Positions 20,288 to 29,921 are shown, numbered from the stretch's first letter. The stretch is 64,000 bases of DNA from Pseudomonadota bacterium (GCA_009927005.1 RFNV01000159.1:5605-69604); one strand, 5' to 3'. Numbers and translations are program-made. The notes: generated from the letters alone by a model not told the origin.

Positions 20288-21649
20288 GTGTCGAAGGGCC
20301 GGCAAAGCCCCAGCCCTTGGTCGATGCTGTCGTGGTTGGGATCTACTGGATTTCAATGGTATTCTTCGACTTTTGGAGGAATTTTGAAAGCTGTTCGCGG
20401 AATGCACGACATCTTTGGTGCAGAAATGGCCAAGTGGAAGTGGATTGAAACTCAGGTCCGATCTGTTTTTGAGACTTTTGGTTATCAAGAAATCCGAACT
20501 CCTGTTTTAGAAAACATAGAGGTTTTCAGTAAAACAGTGGGTGACGAAACAGATATCGTCGAAAAACAAATGTACCAAGTGACGAAAGAAAATGAATCCT
20601 TGGTTCTTCGTCCCGAAGGTACCGCCGGTTTTATGCGCGCGGTTTTAGAACACCAGCTACACAGAGAGCCCACTATTCAAAAATATTTTTACTACCTCCC
20701 TATGTTTCGGCATGAGCGACCCCAAAAGGGAAGGCTTCGCCAGTTTCACCAATTTGGAGCGGAATTTATCAATGACTCTTCTCCCGAAGCAGATGCGGAT
20801 GTCATTGCGCTTCTCGATGCCATTTATCGAAAGCTGGGAATTACTGAATATGAGGTTCGCATCAATTCTTTGGGCTGCTTAGACTGCCGTCCTACAATGA
20901 AAGAAACACTCATGGGCTTTCTTAAGCCTCAGCTTACCGGCCTTTGTGAACAATGTCAGAAACGGTTTGAACGGGCCCCCTTTCGCATTTTGGATTGCAA
21001 AAGAGAGTCTTGCCGTGAAATCACCGCAAAGGGCCCCTCGCTCGCTAGTTGTCTCTGCGGAAAATGCCAAGCGCATCACACCCGCTTGAAAAAGAGACTC
21101 GAAGAAGCCCAAATAAAATTTATTGATGATCCTTCCATTGTTCGGGGGTTAGATTACTACTCGAGCACAGCGTTTGAATTCACCTCTTCTCTTCTGGGAG
21201 CTCAAAGTGCTCTTGGGGGCGGAGGACGATACGATCAGCTGGCTGAACGCTTTGGAGAAAAACCATTTCCTGCGGTGGGATTTGCTTTAGGGATGGAGCG
21301 CCTTGTGATTGCTCTCGAAGCCAAAAATGCCTTTCCCGCTTCACAGTTTTTTCCTCAAGTCTATTTAGCGCCCCTTGGCGAGAAGGCTTTGGATATTCTT
21401 TTTCCGCTCTCTCTTCAGTTACGAAGAGCTGGAGTTTGGACTGAAATTTCCTATGAATCTCAAAAGAGTCTGAAGGCCCAATTAAAGCATGCGAACCGAA
21501 TTCAAGCTCGCTTCTCGTTAATACTGGGTGAGGATGAGATCAGTAAAAAAACGGCTTTGTTAAAAGATATGACGGCTCAAACTCAAGAGGAAATTCCTCT
21601 TGAAGGAATTTATGAAAGTTTACTGAATAAGGTGAATCGTGAAAATTAA
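20288..21649 (+). CDS. hisS: Histidine--tRNA ligase
   Basis: KAVRGMHDIF N-terminal HisRS signature, class II motifs and HGGGRYD-like GGGGRYDQL. The true start is probably near 20384-20402, with a GGAGGA SD at about 20375. Confidence 0.85.
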   Translation: MSKGRQSPSPWSMLSWLGSTGFQWYSSTFGGILKAVRGMHDIFGAEMAKWKWIETQVRSVFETFGYQEIRTPVLENIEVFSKTVGDETDIVEKQMYQVTKENESLVLRPEGTAGFMRAVLEHQLHREPTIQKYFYYLPMFRHERPQKGRLRQFHQFGAEFINDSSPEADADVIALLDAIYRKLGITEYEVRINSLGCLDCRPTMKETLMGFLKPQLTGLCEQCQKRFERAPFRILDCKRESCREITAKGPSLASCLCGKCQAHHTRLKKRLEEAQIKFIDDPSIVRGLDYYSSTAFEFTSSLLGAQSALGGGGRYDQLAERFGEKPFPAVGFALGMERLVIALEAKNAFPASQFFPQVYLAPLGEKALDILFPLSLQLRRAGVWTEISYESQKSLKAQLKHANRIQARFSLILGEDEISKKTALLKDMTAQTQEEIPLEGIYESLLNKVNREN

Positions 21650-23441
21650 AAGAACTCATCGTTGCGGCGAATTAACAAAAAAACAACTCGACCAAGAAGT
21701 CGGCCTGTGCGGATGGGTTGATCGCTGGCGAGACCACGGGGGCGTCGTCTTTATCGACCTCAGAGATCGCTCGGGAATTGTTCAAGTGGTGTTTGATCCG
21801 TCGAACAAATCTATTCCTGATGCCAATACCCTTCGACAAGAGTTTGTGATTGCTGTGAAAGGGAAAATTAGAAGCCGTCCCGACGGGATGAAAAATACGA
21901 ATCTCGCTACTGGTGAAATTGAAGTTATTGTAAACGAGCTTGAGATATTAAATCGCTCTCAACAACTTCCCTTCTCTCTCCATGAAGATTCTCCTTCTGC
22001 GGGAGAAGTCGATGAACAACTGCGGCTTACCTATCGGTACTTAGAGCTTCGAAAATCGAAGCTTCAAAACAACTTAAGGATCCGCCACGAATTTATCAAA
22101 ACAGCGAGAGAGTTTTATTTTGAGAATGAATTCTGGGAAATCGAAACTCCTATTTTGTACAAGACGACTCCTGAGGGAGCCAGAGACTATTTGGTTCCTA
22201 GCCGTGTACATCCTGGGATGTTCTATGCTCTTCCCCAGTCTCCTCAGACATTGAAGCAGCTGTGCATGATTTCTGGGATGGAACGATATGTTCAAATCGC
22301 GCGCTGCTTTAGAGACGAAGATTTGCGTGCAGACAGACAACCTGAGTTCACGCAAGTAGACGTTGAAATGTCCTTTATCACAGAAGAAGACGTCTATGAC
22401 CTTCATGAAAAGCTGATGGCAAGGGTTTTTAAAAATGTCCTAAAAAAGGAACTCAAAGTACCCTTTGAGAGAGTTCCCTACCCTACTGCGATGGAGCTCT
22501 ATGGTAGCGATAAACCAGACTTGAGAAATTCTCTCAAGCTAGTCGACTTAACGGAACAAGGTAAAAAAAGCAGCTTCCAGGTTTACCAAACCGCTTTGGG
22601 CCAAGGATCTATCCTGAAGGCTTTGTGCTTTGAAGAAAAGGAGCCGCTGTCTCGAAGTGAACTGGATGCGCTTCCCAAAAAAGTAAGTCCCTTTGGTGCC
22701 AAAGGCATTACTTGGATTCGGATCAAATCACCGGGTGATTGGCAGTCTCCTCAGGCAAAGTTCTTCGACGATTCGCTTAAAAAAGAAATCGAAGCCAAGT
22801 TGCCTTTTAAACAAGGTGCGATGGTCTTTCTGATTTGTGCAAAGAGCACTGTCGTCAATAATGCGCTCAGTGTCCTTCGCCTCGAATATGGAGAGAGATT
22901 TGGCTACACCGATAAAACTCAGGACCGTTTTGCCTGGGTGACTGATTTTCCTCTGTTTGAGTACAACGAAGAAGATAAGCGCTTCTATGCGGCTCACCAT
23001 CCTTTCACGAGACCTCACCCTGAAGACTTAGATCTCTTCATGAACAAAGACGATGATGAATCTACGGCGAAGATCCGGGCCTGTGCCTATGATCTGGTTT
23101 GGAATGGATTTGAAATCGGTGGCGGAAGCTTACGGATTTACGATTCTTCAGTCCAAGCAAGAATGTTTCAAAAACTGGGAATCTCGGAGGAGGAAGCTCA
23201 GAGGAAGTTCGGCTTTTTCTTGCGGGCTCTGCAATTTGGAACTCCTCCCCACGGAGGAATTGCTTTGGGAGTAGATCGAATCGCCATGCTTTTGGCCGGA
23301 TGCGATGCCATTCGAGATGTCATCGCTTTTCCAAAGACACAAAAGGCAAGCTGCTTAATGAGCGAAGCGCCCTCAAAGGCAGATCCAAAACAACTCGAAG
23401 AACTCTTTATCCGCACGGTGGTCCCTAAGAAAGAGGATTAG
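21639..23441 (+). CDS. aspS: Aspartate--tRNA ligase
   Basis: GTG start overlapping the hisS stop, an OB anticodon-binding domain, a class II catalytic core, 600 aa. Confidence 0.9.
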   Translation: MKIKRTHRCGELTKKQLDQEVGLCGWVDRWRDHGGVVFIDLRDRSGIVQVVFDPSNKSIPDANTLRQEFVIAVKGKIRSRPDGMKNTNLATGEIEVIVNELEILNRSQQLPFSLHEDSPSAGEVDEQLRLTYRYLELRKSKLQNNLRIRHEFIKTAREFYFENEFWEIETPILYKTTPEGARDYLVPSRVHPGMFYALPQSPQTLKQLCMISGMERYVQIARCFRDEDLRADRQPEFTQVDVEMSFITEEDVYDLHEKLMARVFKNVLKKELKVPFERVPYPTAMELYGSDKPDLRNSLKLVDLTEQGKKSSFQVYQTALGQGSILKALCFEEKEPLSRSELDALPKKVSPFGAKGITWIRIKSPGDWQSPQAKFFDDSLKKEIEAKLPFKQGAMVFLICAKSTVVNNALSVLRLEYGERFGYTDKTQDRFAWVTDFPLFEYNEEDKRFYAAHHPFTRPHPEDLDLFMNKDDDESTAKIRACAYDLVWNGFEIGGGSLRIYDSSVQARMFQKLGISEEEAQRKFGFFLRALQFGTPPHGGIALGVDRIAMLLAGCDAIRDVIAFPKTQKASCLMSEAPSKADPKQLEELFIRTVVPKKED

Positions 23442-23905
23442 TACCCGTAAGGAAGTTCACAATCGTTGTATTTATCGGCGACTTGGTTTGCCCATACTCC
23501 CTCAAAAGCGGGAGTAATAGATATGGTATCGTAAGTTGCTAGTTCGTCTTCGGTAATCACTCCGACTACGATGTCTTTATTGCTTTGGAGCACTAAACCA
23601 TTAATAAGGTTTCGGTAGGCACCACTGTAACTGTCAGTGAGAGTTACGGAGACAATATCGCCTTCCTCGTCAGGTTGAAAAACCACTAAGCGAACTTGGT
23701 ATAAACCCTGTCCATAAGGAACCGTAGAAACGCCGAAGTATCCCATGGATCCATCACATTCATAACCGCCACCGCTTGTTAACCAGCTTGAACGTTTCTT
23801 TCCACAGCTCGTTAAAGACAAAGCCAAAGTAGCGACTAGAACTAAAACCCACCATTTACTAACTGTATCTCGAATCTTACCCTTCATTTTTTTCTCCATC
23901 GTCAT
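23438..23905 (-). CDS. Hypothetical lipoprotein
   Basis: Signal peptide with lipobox LTSCG. The start was chosen at an internal Met; the track ORF extends to 23950. It overlaps the aspS 3' end convergently. Confidence 0.4.
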   Translation of the reverse strand: MTMEKKMKGKIRDTVSKWWVLVLVATLALSLTSCGKKRSSWLTSGGGYECDGSMGYFGVSTVPYGQGLYQVRLVVFQPDEEGDIVSVTLTDSYSGAYRNLINGLVLQSNKDIVVGVITEDELATYDTISITPAFEGVWANQVADKYNDCELPYGY

Positions 23906-24193
23906 TTTCACAACCGACACGACGAGCCCGAAACTAAGATGTGCTTTCAAGAAGGTGCAAAAGGATTGCCAGTAACGTCACAACTCAAGGACTACGCTCA
24001 GAAAGGGTGTATTCTTTGAGTGATTACTGATTTTTTATATGGAGTAAATTTCGAGATCACTAGACAGCGAACTGAATTTCATTCGAGTTAAGAATAATTT
24101 TGTATGAGGTTACAACAAGTTACTCGACGGCACTGTCTTTGTTTTAGACTGTGCAGGTGTAAAGAAGATGGACGGGGGATTTTATGCTGATTT

Positions 24194-25078
24194 TTATTGT
24201 CCCGCCAAACCACGATCATTTCCGTTATCGTCTAGCCAACCCATCCACCGGGGTCCCCCGGAGTTAAACGGATCGTCTTTTTTTGGAATTATTCGGAGAG
24301 TAATACCGAAATTTAAACTACTCCCTTTTTGAGCGCATTCCCACTGCCAGTCCCTAACATCACCCAAGGGGCGGTAGCTAGTCCATCGATTGTCCTGCCT
24401 TAACTTTGTGTTAGCTGATGGAACAGAAAAAATCTCTGAATGTGATTTGGTTTTATCGTAAATCTGTCTGTAATTTCCGGTGTAATCTGGGAATCCAGAA
24501 ATATCAATCCAAGGACCGCTATAACACGCAATGGGCGTTGGACTTGCCGTACAATCTAGTGCAGTCGTTTGCCATCTAGAAGTAAAAGTCGCATCCGTCC
24601 CGGCTTGATACCCGTAGGGCCAATAATAAACCACATCACATTCGGCATCTTTGCCCACGTTTATTTGCAAATCCAGTGCGCTGAAAAACAGCTGCGTTTC
24701 AGGGATTGAAACACCACAAGTAATGACCCTTTTTTCGGCACTATCTGTAATGAGCGTATCCGCATCAATCTGGCAAACAGCACTACTCAGATCTGCTTCA
24801 GTCCCAGTATTTGCTAAAACCCCGCTTCCATCCTTACTAATCAGTTTTACTTCGTGGGGAGTTGGAAAAGCTTTGCCGCTGTCATTTTCCCAGTAGCTTT
24901 TCACGGTGAGATAAAAGGGACTCTCGGCTCCGCCCGTTCCAATGACCGATCCTGTTCCCGCACCAGCGCCAGTTCCCGCATTCAAACAGGAACCAATTCC
25001 AGAACAGGAGCTTCCTCCTGTCCCGACAGTCGCGTTCTGACAGCCAGCTAAGATTAGAGCTACCATCCAAAACCACAT
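24194..25078 (-). CDS. Hypothetical lipoprotein, Gly/Thr-rich linker, Cys- and Trp-rich
   Basis: Lipobox LILAGCQ, a low-complexity TGAGAGTGSVIGTGG linker, and 10 or more Cys in the mature part. Confidence 0.4.
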   Translation of the reverse strand: MWFWMVALILAGCQNATVGTGGSSCSGIGSCLNAGTGAGAGTGSVIGTGGAESPFYLTVKSYWENDSGKAFPTPHEVKLISKDGSGVLANTGTEADLSSAVCQIDADTLITDSAEKRVITCGVSIPETQLFFSALDLQINVGKDAECDVVYYWPYGYQAGTDATFTSRWQTTALDCTASPTPIACYSGPWIDISGFPDYTGNYRQIYDKTKSHSEIFSVPSANTKLRQDNRWTSYRPLGDVRDWQWECAQKGSSLNFGITLRIIPKKDDPFNSGGPRWMGWLDDNGNDRGLAGQ

Positions 25079-25218
25079 AGGTCCCCCGCCTTTGATACCC
25101 TTCTAGAGTAGCTAATTAATATGAGGAAATTGTGGAAGGCCTTTGCGTTTTACACCACAATCTGTAATCCCCAACTAAAACGATTTGAGTTTATCGATCG
25201 AACCGGCCAAAATAGTTA

Positions 25219-25743
25219 ATGATGTCCTTAAAAACACTGCTCGAAAAATCCCATCAAGCCCTACAAGATAGGGGGGTAGACCATGCCCTGATTGGCGGTT
25301 TTGCTTTGGCCGTCTTGGGAATTCCAAGAGCAACTAACGATGTGGATTATTTGGTTGACGAATCTCAAAAGGAAAACGCGAGGACAGCATTGTTAGAGGC
25401 AGGCTGGAAAGTAAATTTCGAAACGGAAGACGTAATTCACTTTTCCGATCAAGGTTCAGTGGATCTGCTGGTTGCTCGTCGGCCACTGAGTAAGAAGATG
25501 TTAAAAAATGCAACGGTGGTGGGATCATTCGGTATTAAATGCCTTTTACCCGAGGCAATTATTGGTCTCAAAATTCAAGCTTATATAAATGATAGTACCC
25601 GGGAGTTTCAGGACAAGGCAGATATCCAAGCTCTTATCATTAGATATGGGGCCGCTCTAAATTGGGACGAACTATTCGGCTATGCCGACTTATTCGGCGA
25701 GAAGCCTTTTCTGTTAAGTCTCAGGAAAAAGTTATGTCCTTAG
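25219..25743 (+). CDS. Minimal nucleotidyltransferase (Pol-beta superfamily, MNT-like)
   Basis: IGGFALAVLG…NDVDYLV matches the hG[GS]…DxD nucleotidyltransferase motif. It is 174 aa with no adjacent HEPN partner. Confidence 0.5.
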   Translation: MMSLKTLLEKSHQALQDRGVDHALIGGFALAVLGIPRATNDVDYLVDESQKENARTALLEAGWKVNFETEDVIHFSDQGSVDLLVARRPLSKKMLKNATVVGSFGIKCLLPEAIIGLKIQAYINDSTREFQDKADIQALIIRYGAALNWDELFGYADLFGEKPFLLSLRKKLCP

Positions 25744-25843
25744 ATGATTTTTTAAAATTTCTCGATGATTTTTGGGAACTATTCGGTCCGATCCCCGAAA
25801 AACCGATTCAAGCTAACAAGTTCACCAATATGAAATTATGATT

Positions 25844-26554
25844 TTAACTTTCTGATTCTTCACCAGTGGGGGCGGACTGCCCATTCTTCCACCTCAAATA
25901 ATCTCTCGCGCGATCTTCGGTAGTGATGCTTTCTTTCTGGCTTTTAAATCTCAAGGCAACAAAGCCGTAAAACCCGTTCCAAGTTCCTTTATCTCCGCCC
26001 ACTGTCGTCGGATCAAGAAAGCTAGTCATGCTTCTTGAGTAGGTAATTCCTAATTGCATTCCAGTATCGCTCGACACAGGAAACTCAAGTCCCCACCCCA
26101 CCTGCGCGGACAGTTCATTCTTAGAAAAGAAGGAGAACTTATCGGCGAGTACGCCAGCGTTTGTGACGTCTTCTGCGGAAAGAAGAACACCGAATCCCCC
26201 ACCAAATCCTAGATACGAACGCCATTTGGATCCATCTAAGAAATACCAACGTAGGAGAGCTGATGTTTCTAGGTAATTTGCACGTCGGGAAGCCGCACCT
26301 GTTTTCGCTCCCTTTTGAGAAAAATAAATCCCTGGAGTGAGAACCCAAGAGGGACTCAGGTATTTCTCTCCATATACCCCCACATAGAGCCCCAGCTCGG
26401 AGCTCGTACTATCATCCACAACCCCTGCACTGCTTTTAATCAACTGATTAAAACTGCTCATCCCACCTACAAATCCATAGCTATTTTCTGGTTTTGAAGC
26501 GAGACCGATAGCACTGATGGATAGAAGAACCAAAACAAGAAGTTTAGTTGTCAT
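25844..26554 (-). CDS. Outer-membrane beta-barrel protein (OmpA-like or opacity-porin-like barrel)
   Basis: Signal peptide MTTKLLVLVLLSISAIGLA, alternating aromatic strands, a terminal strand GFVALRF and a short tail. It overlaps the PilZ gene by 4 bp. Confidence 0.45.
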   Translation of the reverse strand: MTTKLLVLVLLSISAIGLASKPENSYGFVGGMSSFNQLIKSSAGVVDDSTSSELGLYVGVYGEKYLSPSWVLTPGIYFSQKGAKTGAASRRANYLETSALLRWYFLDGSKWRSYLGFGGGFGVLLSAEDVTNAGVLADKFSFFSKNELSAQVGWGLEFPVSSDTGMQLGITYSRSMTSFLDPTTVGGDKGTWNGFYGFVALRFKSQKESITTEDRARDYLRWKNGQSAPTGEESES

Positions 26555-27084
26555 GAATTTCTCCCCATGCTCCCGACTTCCCCCAGGGCAGTCGTTTCAA
26601 AAATAGTGCAAATGCGTGCGACGCGATAACGAAGCTCACTCAAATCAAGACCTCGCAAATGAGTAAGTTGTTGAAGATGCTTTTCTATGTCTGAGACAAC
26701 GGGCCGACGAGCTCTGAGCACTTTGTCGAGCGCTTCATAAGCCTGTTTCTCTTTATCAATATACTCATCCAAAATTCGCTGGTGCCTTTCTTCAATCTCA
26801 ACAAATTGAAGACCCATGCCACAATCCACTTCGGCTCTTTGGCGATCAAACACTAGATGTGCCACCTTCGCTTTGAAGCAGATGCTCTTTTCCTGACCCG
26901 GCAAAACAAAACTCACATGTCCAATCGAATCGAGTGGCAACGGATTTAACGTTTTAAGAAACACTCCCCCTCGACTGATATTGAGTGCCCCGCCGACGAC
27001 AGCACTCTGGTTGTCCGTTACTAAAAGGGATTCACTAAAGGGAAGTCGGTAAAATCGTCGCTTCTCAATGAAGTTTTTTTCCAT
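26551..27084 (-). CDS. PilZ-domain c-di-GMP receptor
   Basis: RRFYRLPF (RxxxR) and ALNISRGGVF (D/NxSxxG) PilZ motifs. Confidence 0.7.
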   Translation of the reverse strand: MEKNFIEKRRFYRLPFSESLLVTDNQSAVVGGALNISRGGVFLKTLNPLPLDSIGHVSFVLPGQEKSICFKAKVAHLVFDRQRAEVDCGMGLQFVEIEERHQRILDEYIDKEKQAYEALDKVLRARRPVVSDIEKHLQQLTHLRGLDLSELRYRVARICTIFETTALGEVGSMGRNS

Positions 27085-27088
27085 GACG

Positions 27089-27409
27089 CTAATCTCTTTC
27101 CAAAACCTTATTTATTTCATCACTCTCATCTTTATCAATGTTTTCCGCAGGCACCCATGCCTTCAGCTTGTCTAAATTAAGTTTTCTTTTACCGGTAATT
27201 TCCCTGATTTGCTCTTGAGATGAGCTCTCTCTTAAACTTTCAAAAAAGGCAGTTACCTTTTCAACAGATTTCGGACCTGCCGACTTTTCTAAAAGATTTT
27301 TCATGGTCGAGATAAATTCCCCGCCAACCGTTGTTTTTCCCATGGGAATTTGACCAATCGCTAAAACCAGACAGATTTTAAGTGTTTGTAGTATCAGGCT
27401 CTTAATCAT
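27089..27409 (-). CDS. Small secreted hypothetical protein (106 aa)
   Basis: Signal peptide MIKSLILQTLKICLVLAIGQIP. It is the first gene of a 3-gene operon with the PilZ and barrel genes, 4 nt upstream of PilZ. Confidence 0.35.
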   Translation of the reverse strand: MIKSLILQTLKICLVLAIGQIPMGKTTVGGEFISTMKNLLEKSAGPKSVEKVTAFFESLRESSSQEQIREITGKRKLNLDKLKAWVPAENIDKDESDEINKVLERD

Positions 27410-27540
27410 AATTTTGTTTTTTGTGTCGATTGCCGCGTCGGGACAAGGTTTTGAGACGTTCCCTTTATTTTAGCATATTGGGAAGACAGAGAACTCAGTT
27501 TATAATGATTAAAGTTATTCATCATCACTAGGAGACACTC

Positions 27541-27885
27541 ATGTCGCATCCAGTCCAGGATATGCGCAGTGAGAGTGTGGGCCAGTGGCTCCCCTTGATT
27601 GAATATTCAATTAAGAGTGGAGTAAGTCTCAGCACCATTCGTCGGAAGATCAAAAGCAATAGCATTCAATTCAAATTAGAAAAAGGAAAGTACCTTATTC
27701 TGTTTGAAGTTCCGATGACGGATAGAGCTGAACGCCCTAACTCTCAAATGCATTCAGTAAGTTCTGAAGAGGCTCAAGATACTATTCAAAAACAAAAGGC
27801 CAAAATTCGACAGCTCGAACAGGAGTTGAACGAAATGGCATTGCTTGTTCAGGTACTCGAAAACAAGTATGGAATCCGCTACTAA
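27541..27885 (+). CDS. Small HTH (excisionase/MerR-like) protein with C-terminal coiled coil
   Basis: IEYSIKSGVSLSTIRRKIKSN has an HTH_17-like pattern. The C-terminal KAKIRQLEQELNEMALLVQVLENKY resembles a leucine zipper. Confidence 0.3.
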   Translation: MSHPVQDMRSESVGQWLPLIEYSIKSGVSLSTIRRKIKSNSIQFKLEKGKYLILFEVPMTDRAERPNSQMHSVSSEEAQDTIQKQKAKIRQLEQELNEMALLVQVLENKYGIRY

Positions 27886-27896
27886 AAGGGACTCTT

Positions 27897-28640
27897 TTGA
27901 ATCTCCTCATAGCGCTTTTATTTTTTGCTTCTTCTCCTCTGATTTCCTCAGATCTCAATTCTCTGTGGAATGAGGCCCTCAAAAGTCCCTCAGAAGAAAG
28001 TATCCAGAAATGGACGGACTGGATTCAAGAAGCTAAAACTCAAAATCTAGTCGTCCCGGAAGCCTACTATAATCTGGCCCAGTCCTACTGGAGCCAAAAT
28101 CAAATTAGTCTCTCGGTCTATAATCTACTTTTAAGTGCGCAGTTAAGATTCAACATCTTCAGCGCTTGGGGAGATCTGGCTCAGATAAATCGTATCCAAA
28201 AAGCTCTTTTGGACTCTCCCTCTCCTATGGATTCCTGGTCATTAAGACTGTCTCTTCTCTTTAACGAACAGGTGAGGCTAGTTGGAAAAGTCATTGTCGC
28301 CTGGATACTTATTTTAATTCTTTTTCTTCGCTATGGTTTCGCACCCCCCAAAAAAGGAGGGCTTTTTCTGCTGATGCTTGGGTTCGTAATTTTTGCAGTA
28401 GGCTTTGCAGCCGATCGCAGCCGGAAATCACTCAACTTTCCGTCAATTCTAAATCATAAAAATGAGCTAGTTCCCATATATCAATCGGCAGAAATAAACG
28501 ATGAGACACCTATCTTGGAACTGCCCTCGGGCCTTTTGGTGATGACTGAGACAGAAAAAGGGGACCGGATAAAAATCAATCACCCCACTCCAGGTTGGAT
28601 CAAGAAAGAGATGATGCTTCCCTTCCCGCGACCATTTTAG
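27897..28640 (+). CDS. Hypothetical membrane protein
   Basis: N-terminal signal/TM segment and two internal TM helices (WILILILFLRYGF, LLMLGFVIFAVGFA). It starts 11 nt after the previous gene. Confidence 0.35.
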   Translation: MNLLIALLFFASSPLISSDLNSLWNEALKSPSEESIQKWTDWIQEAKTQNLVVPEAYYNLAQSYWSQNQISLSVYNLLLSAQLRFNIFSAWGDLAQINRIQKALLDSPSPMDSWSLRLSLLFNEQVRLVGKVIVAWILILILFLRYGFAPPKKGGLFLLMLGFVIFAVGFAADRSRKSLNFPSILNHKNELVPIYQSAEINDETPILELPSGLLVMTETEKGDRIKINHPTPGWIKKEMMLPFPRPF

Positions 28641-29151
28641 GCTTTTTCAAATACTCATGAAGCTTATGAGTTAGGGAATCTTGGGCATTTTGTTCAGTTT
28701 TCAAAATTTCATAATGACTATCTAGAGCTGATCGGAAAGCAGTAATAAAGTTTGCTTTACGCTTCTCGACTTCCTGAACCTCTTCTAAAATCTCAGTCAG
28801 CCAGTTCTCTGTATTTTTTCTGACCTCTTGAGAACGGGTTTCAGATTCTTCTAATATTTTTTGAGCATCTTCTTGAGCCAAAGTAATAATCTTCTGGGCA
28901 TCGGCTTTTGCCATTTCTTGAAGTTTTTCTAAATCAGTCCTTTTATTTTCCCAGCTTTTGAGTTCAGTCTTCAATTGATCGATTTGGTTGTTCAAATCTC
29001 GCTCTTTTTTTTGAACTCTTTCCCACAGTTTAGCCACCTGATCTAAAAATCCGACTACTTCCTCGGGGGAGTAACCCAACATCGTCTTTTTGAAATCCTT
29101 GTTTTTAATTTCAGCAGGAGAAAGTTCCAAAGAAGAAGTTTGGTTTTTCAT
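28600..29151 (-). CDS. DivIVA-domain protein
   Basis: LSPAEIKNKDFKKTMLGYSPEEVVGFLDQV DivIVA N-terminal motif plus long coiled coils. Confidence 0.7.
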   Translation of the reverse strand: MKNQTSSLELSPAEIKNKDFKKTMLGYSPEEVVGFLDQVAKLWERVQKKERDLNNQIDQLKTELKSWENKRTDLEKLQEMAKADAQKIITLAQEDAQKILEESETRSQEVRKNTENWLTEILEEVQEVEKRKANFITAFRSALDSHYEILKTEQNAQDSLTHKLHEYLKKPKMVAGREASSLS

Positions 29152-29234
29152 ATTGACCTCGTGGAATAAATAAAAAAAATTTTACCAACTGAGATCCGAA
29201 TTGGGTAGGGGTGAAAACCAACGGGCGCGGTGCG

Positions 29235-29921
29235 CTAATGGCTTTTTGGAGGCCGCGCTCCAAGTAAGCAGGTGCCCAAGCGAATGAGACTAGCCCCTTC
29301 CTCTAGAGCTATCTGATAGTCCTCACTGGTTCCCATAGAAAGAGTGTCAAATGAATAGCGTTGAGAAAGGCGATCATAGGCTCGTTTCAATTCCTTAAAA
29401 AAGGGCCGTCTTTTTTCCAACGGCAACGGAGGAGGCATGGACATCAGACCTTTCACACTGATAAAGGTAAGAGCTTCGATCTTTTTTAGAAATCCCTCGA
29501 GATCTTCTAACAGAACCCCTGATTTCTGAGGCTCTCGGCCAATATTTACTTCAATGAGAACCTGTAACGGTTTGTTCAATATCTCGGCCCGACGGTTTAA
29601 ATCTTCTGCGATATCGGTTCGATCTAAACTCTCCACACAGTGATAGTCCAACAGGTGCTTTGCTTTTCTAGATTGGATATGGCCAATGAAGTGCCACTCA
29701 ATATCCGAATGGGTCATGACTTCTCTTAACTTTTGCCCCTCCTGAACATAATTAACTCCTAAAAGAGTAACCCCCAACTCAACTGCTTCTCGAATACTTT
29801 CTACCGGTTGAAACTTGCTGACCCCGAGAATTTTTACTCCTTGAGGATTAGGCGAATGAAGTTGAATTGTTTTTTTTATCTCTTTTAGATTTTGAGAAAT
29901 GATGCTCACGGAAGAAACCAC
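29235..29921 (-). CDS. yggS: YggS-family pyridoxal-phosphate homeostasis protein
   Basis: Alanine-racemase-N-like barrel, about 228 aa. It sits in the conserved neighbourhood with maf and divIVA. Confidence 0.7.
   Translation of the reverse strand: MVSSVSIISQNLKEIKKTIQLHSPNPQGVKILGVSKFQPVESIREAVELGVTLLGVNYVQEGQKLREVMTHSDIEWHFIGHIQSRKAKHLLDYHCVESLDRTDIAEDLNRRAEILNKPLQVLIEVNIGREPQKSGVLLEDLEGFLKKIEALTFISVKGLMSMPPPLPLEKRRPFFKELKRAYDRLSQRYSFDTLSMGTSEDYQIALEEGASLIRLGTCLLGARPPKSH

Noticed and set aside
20288-20383. N-terminal 32-aa extension of the hisS ORF (MSKGRQSPSPW…)
   Set aside because: The HisRS homology begins at KAVRGMHD, and a GGAGGA SD sits just upstream of it. The extension is probably untranslated leader.
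23951-24193. 243-bp intergenic region between the two lipoprotein genes with a near-palindrome CACTGTC…GACTGTG
   Set aside because: The repeat is imperfect and there is no covariation evidence. It is more likely a promoter or UTR for the downstream lipoprotein than an ncRNA.
25744-25843. Tiny ORFs (3-22 aa) immediately after the nucleotidyltransferase gene
   Set aside because: They are too short, with no SD and no recognisable fold. They are mentioned only as a place to look for a missing partner.
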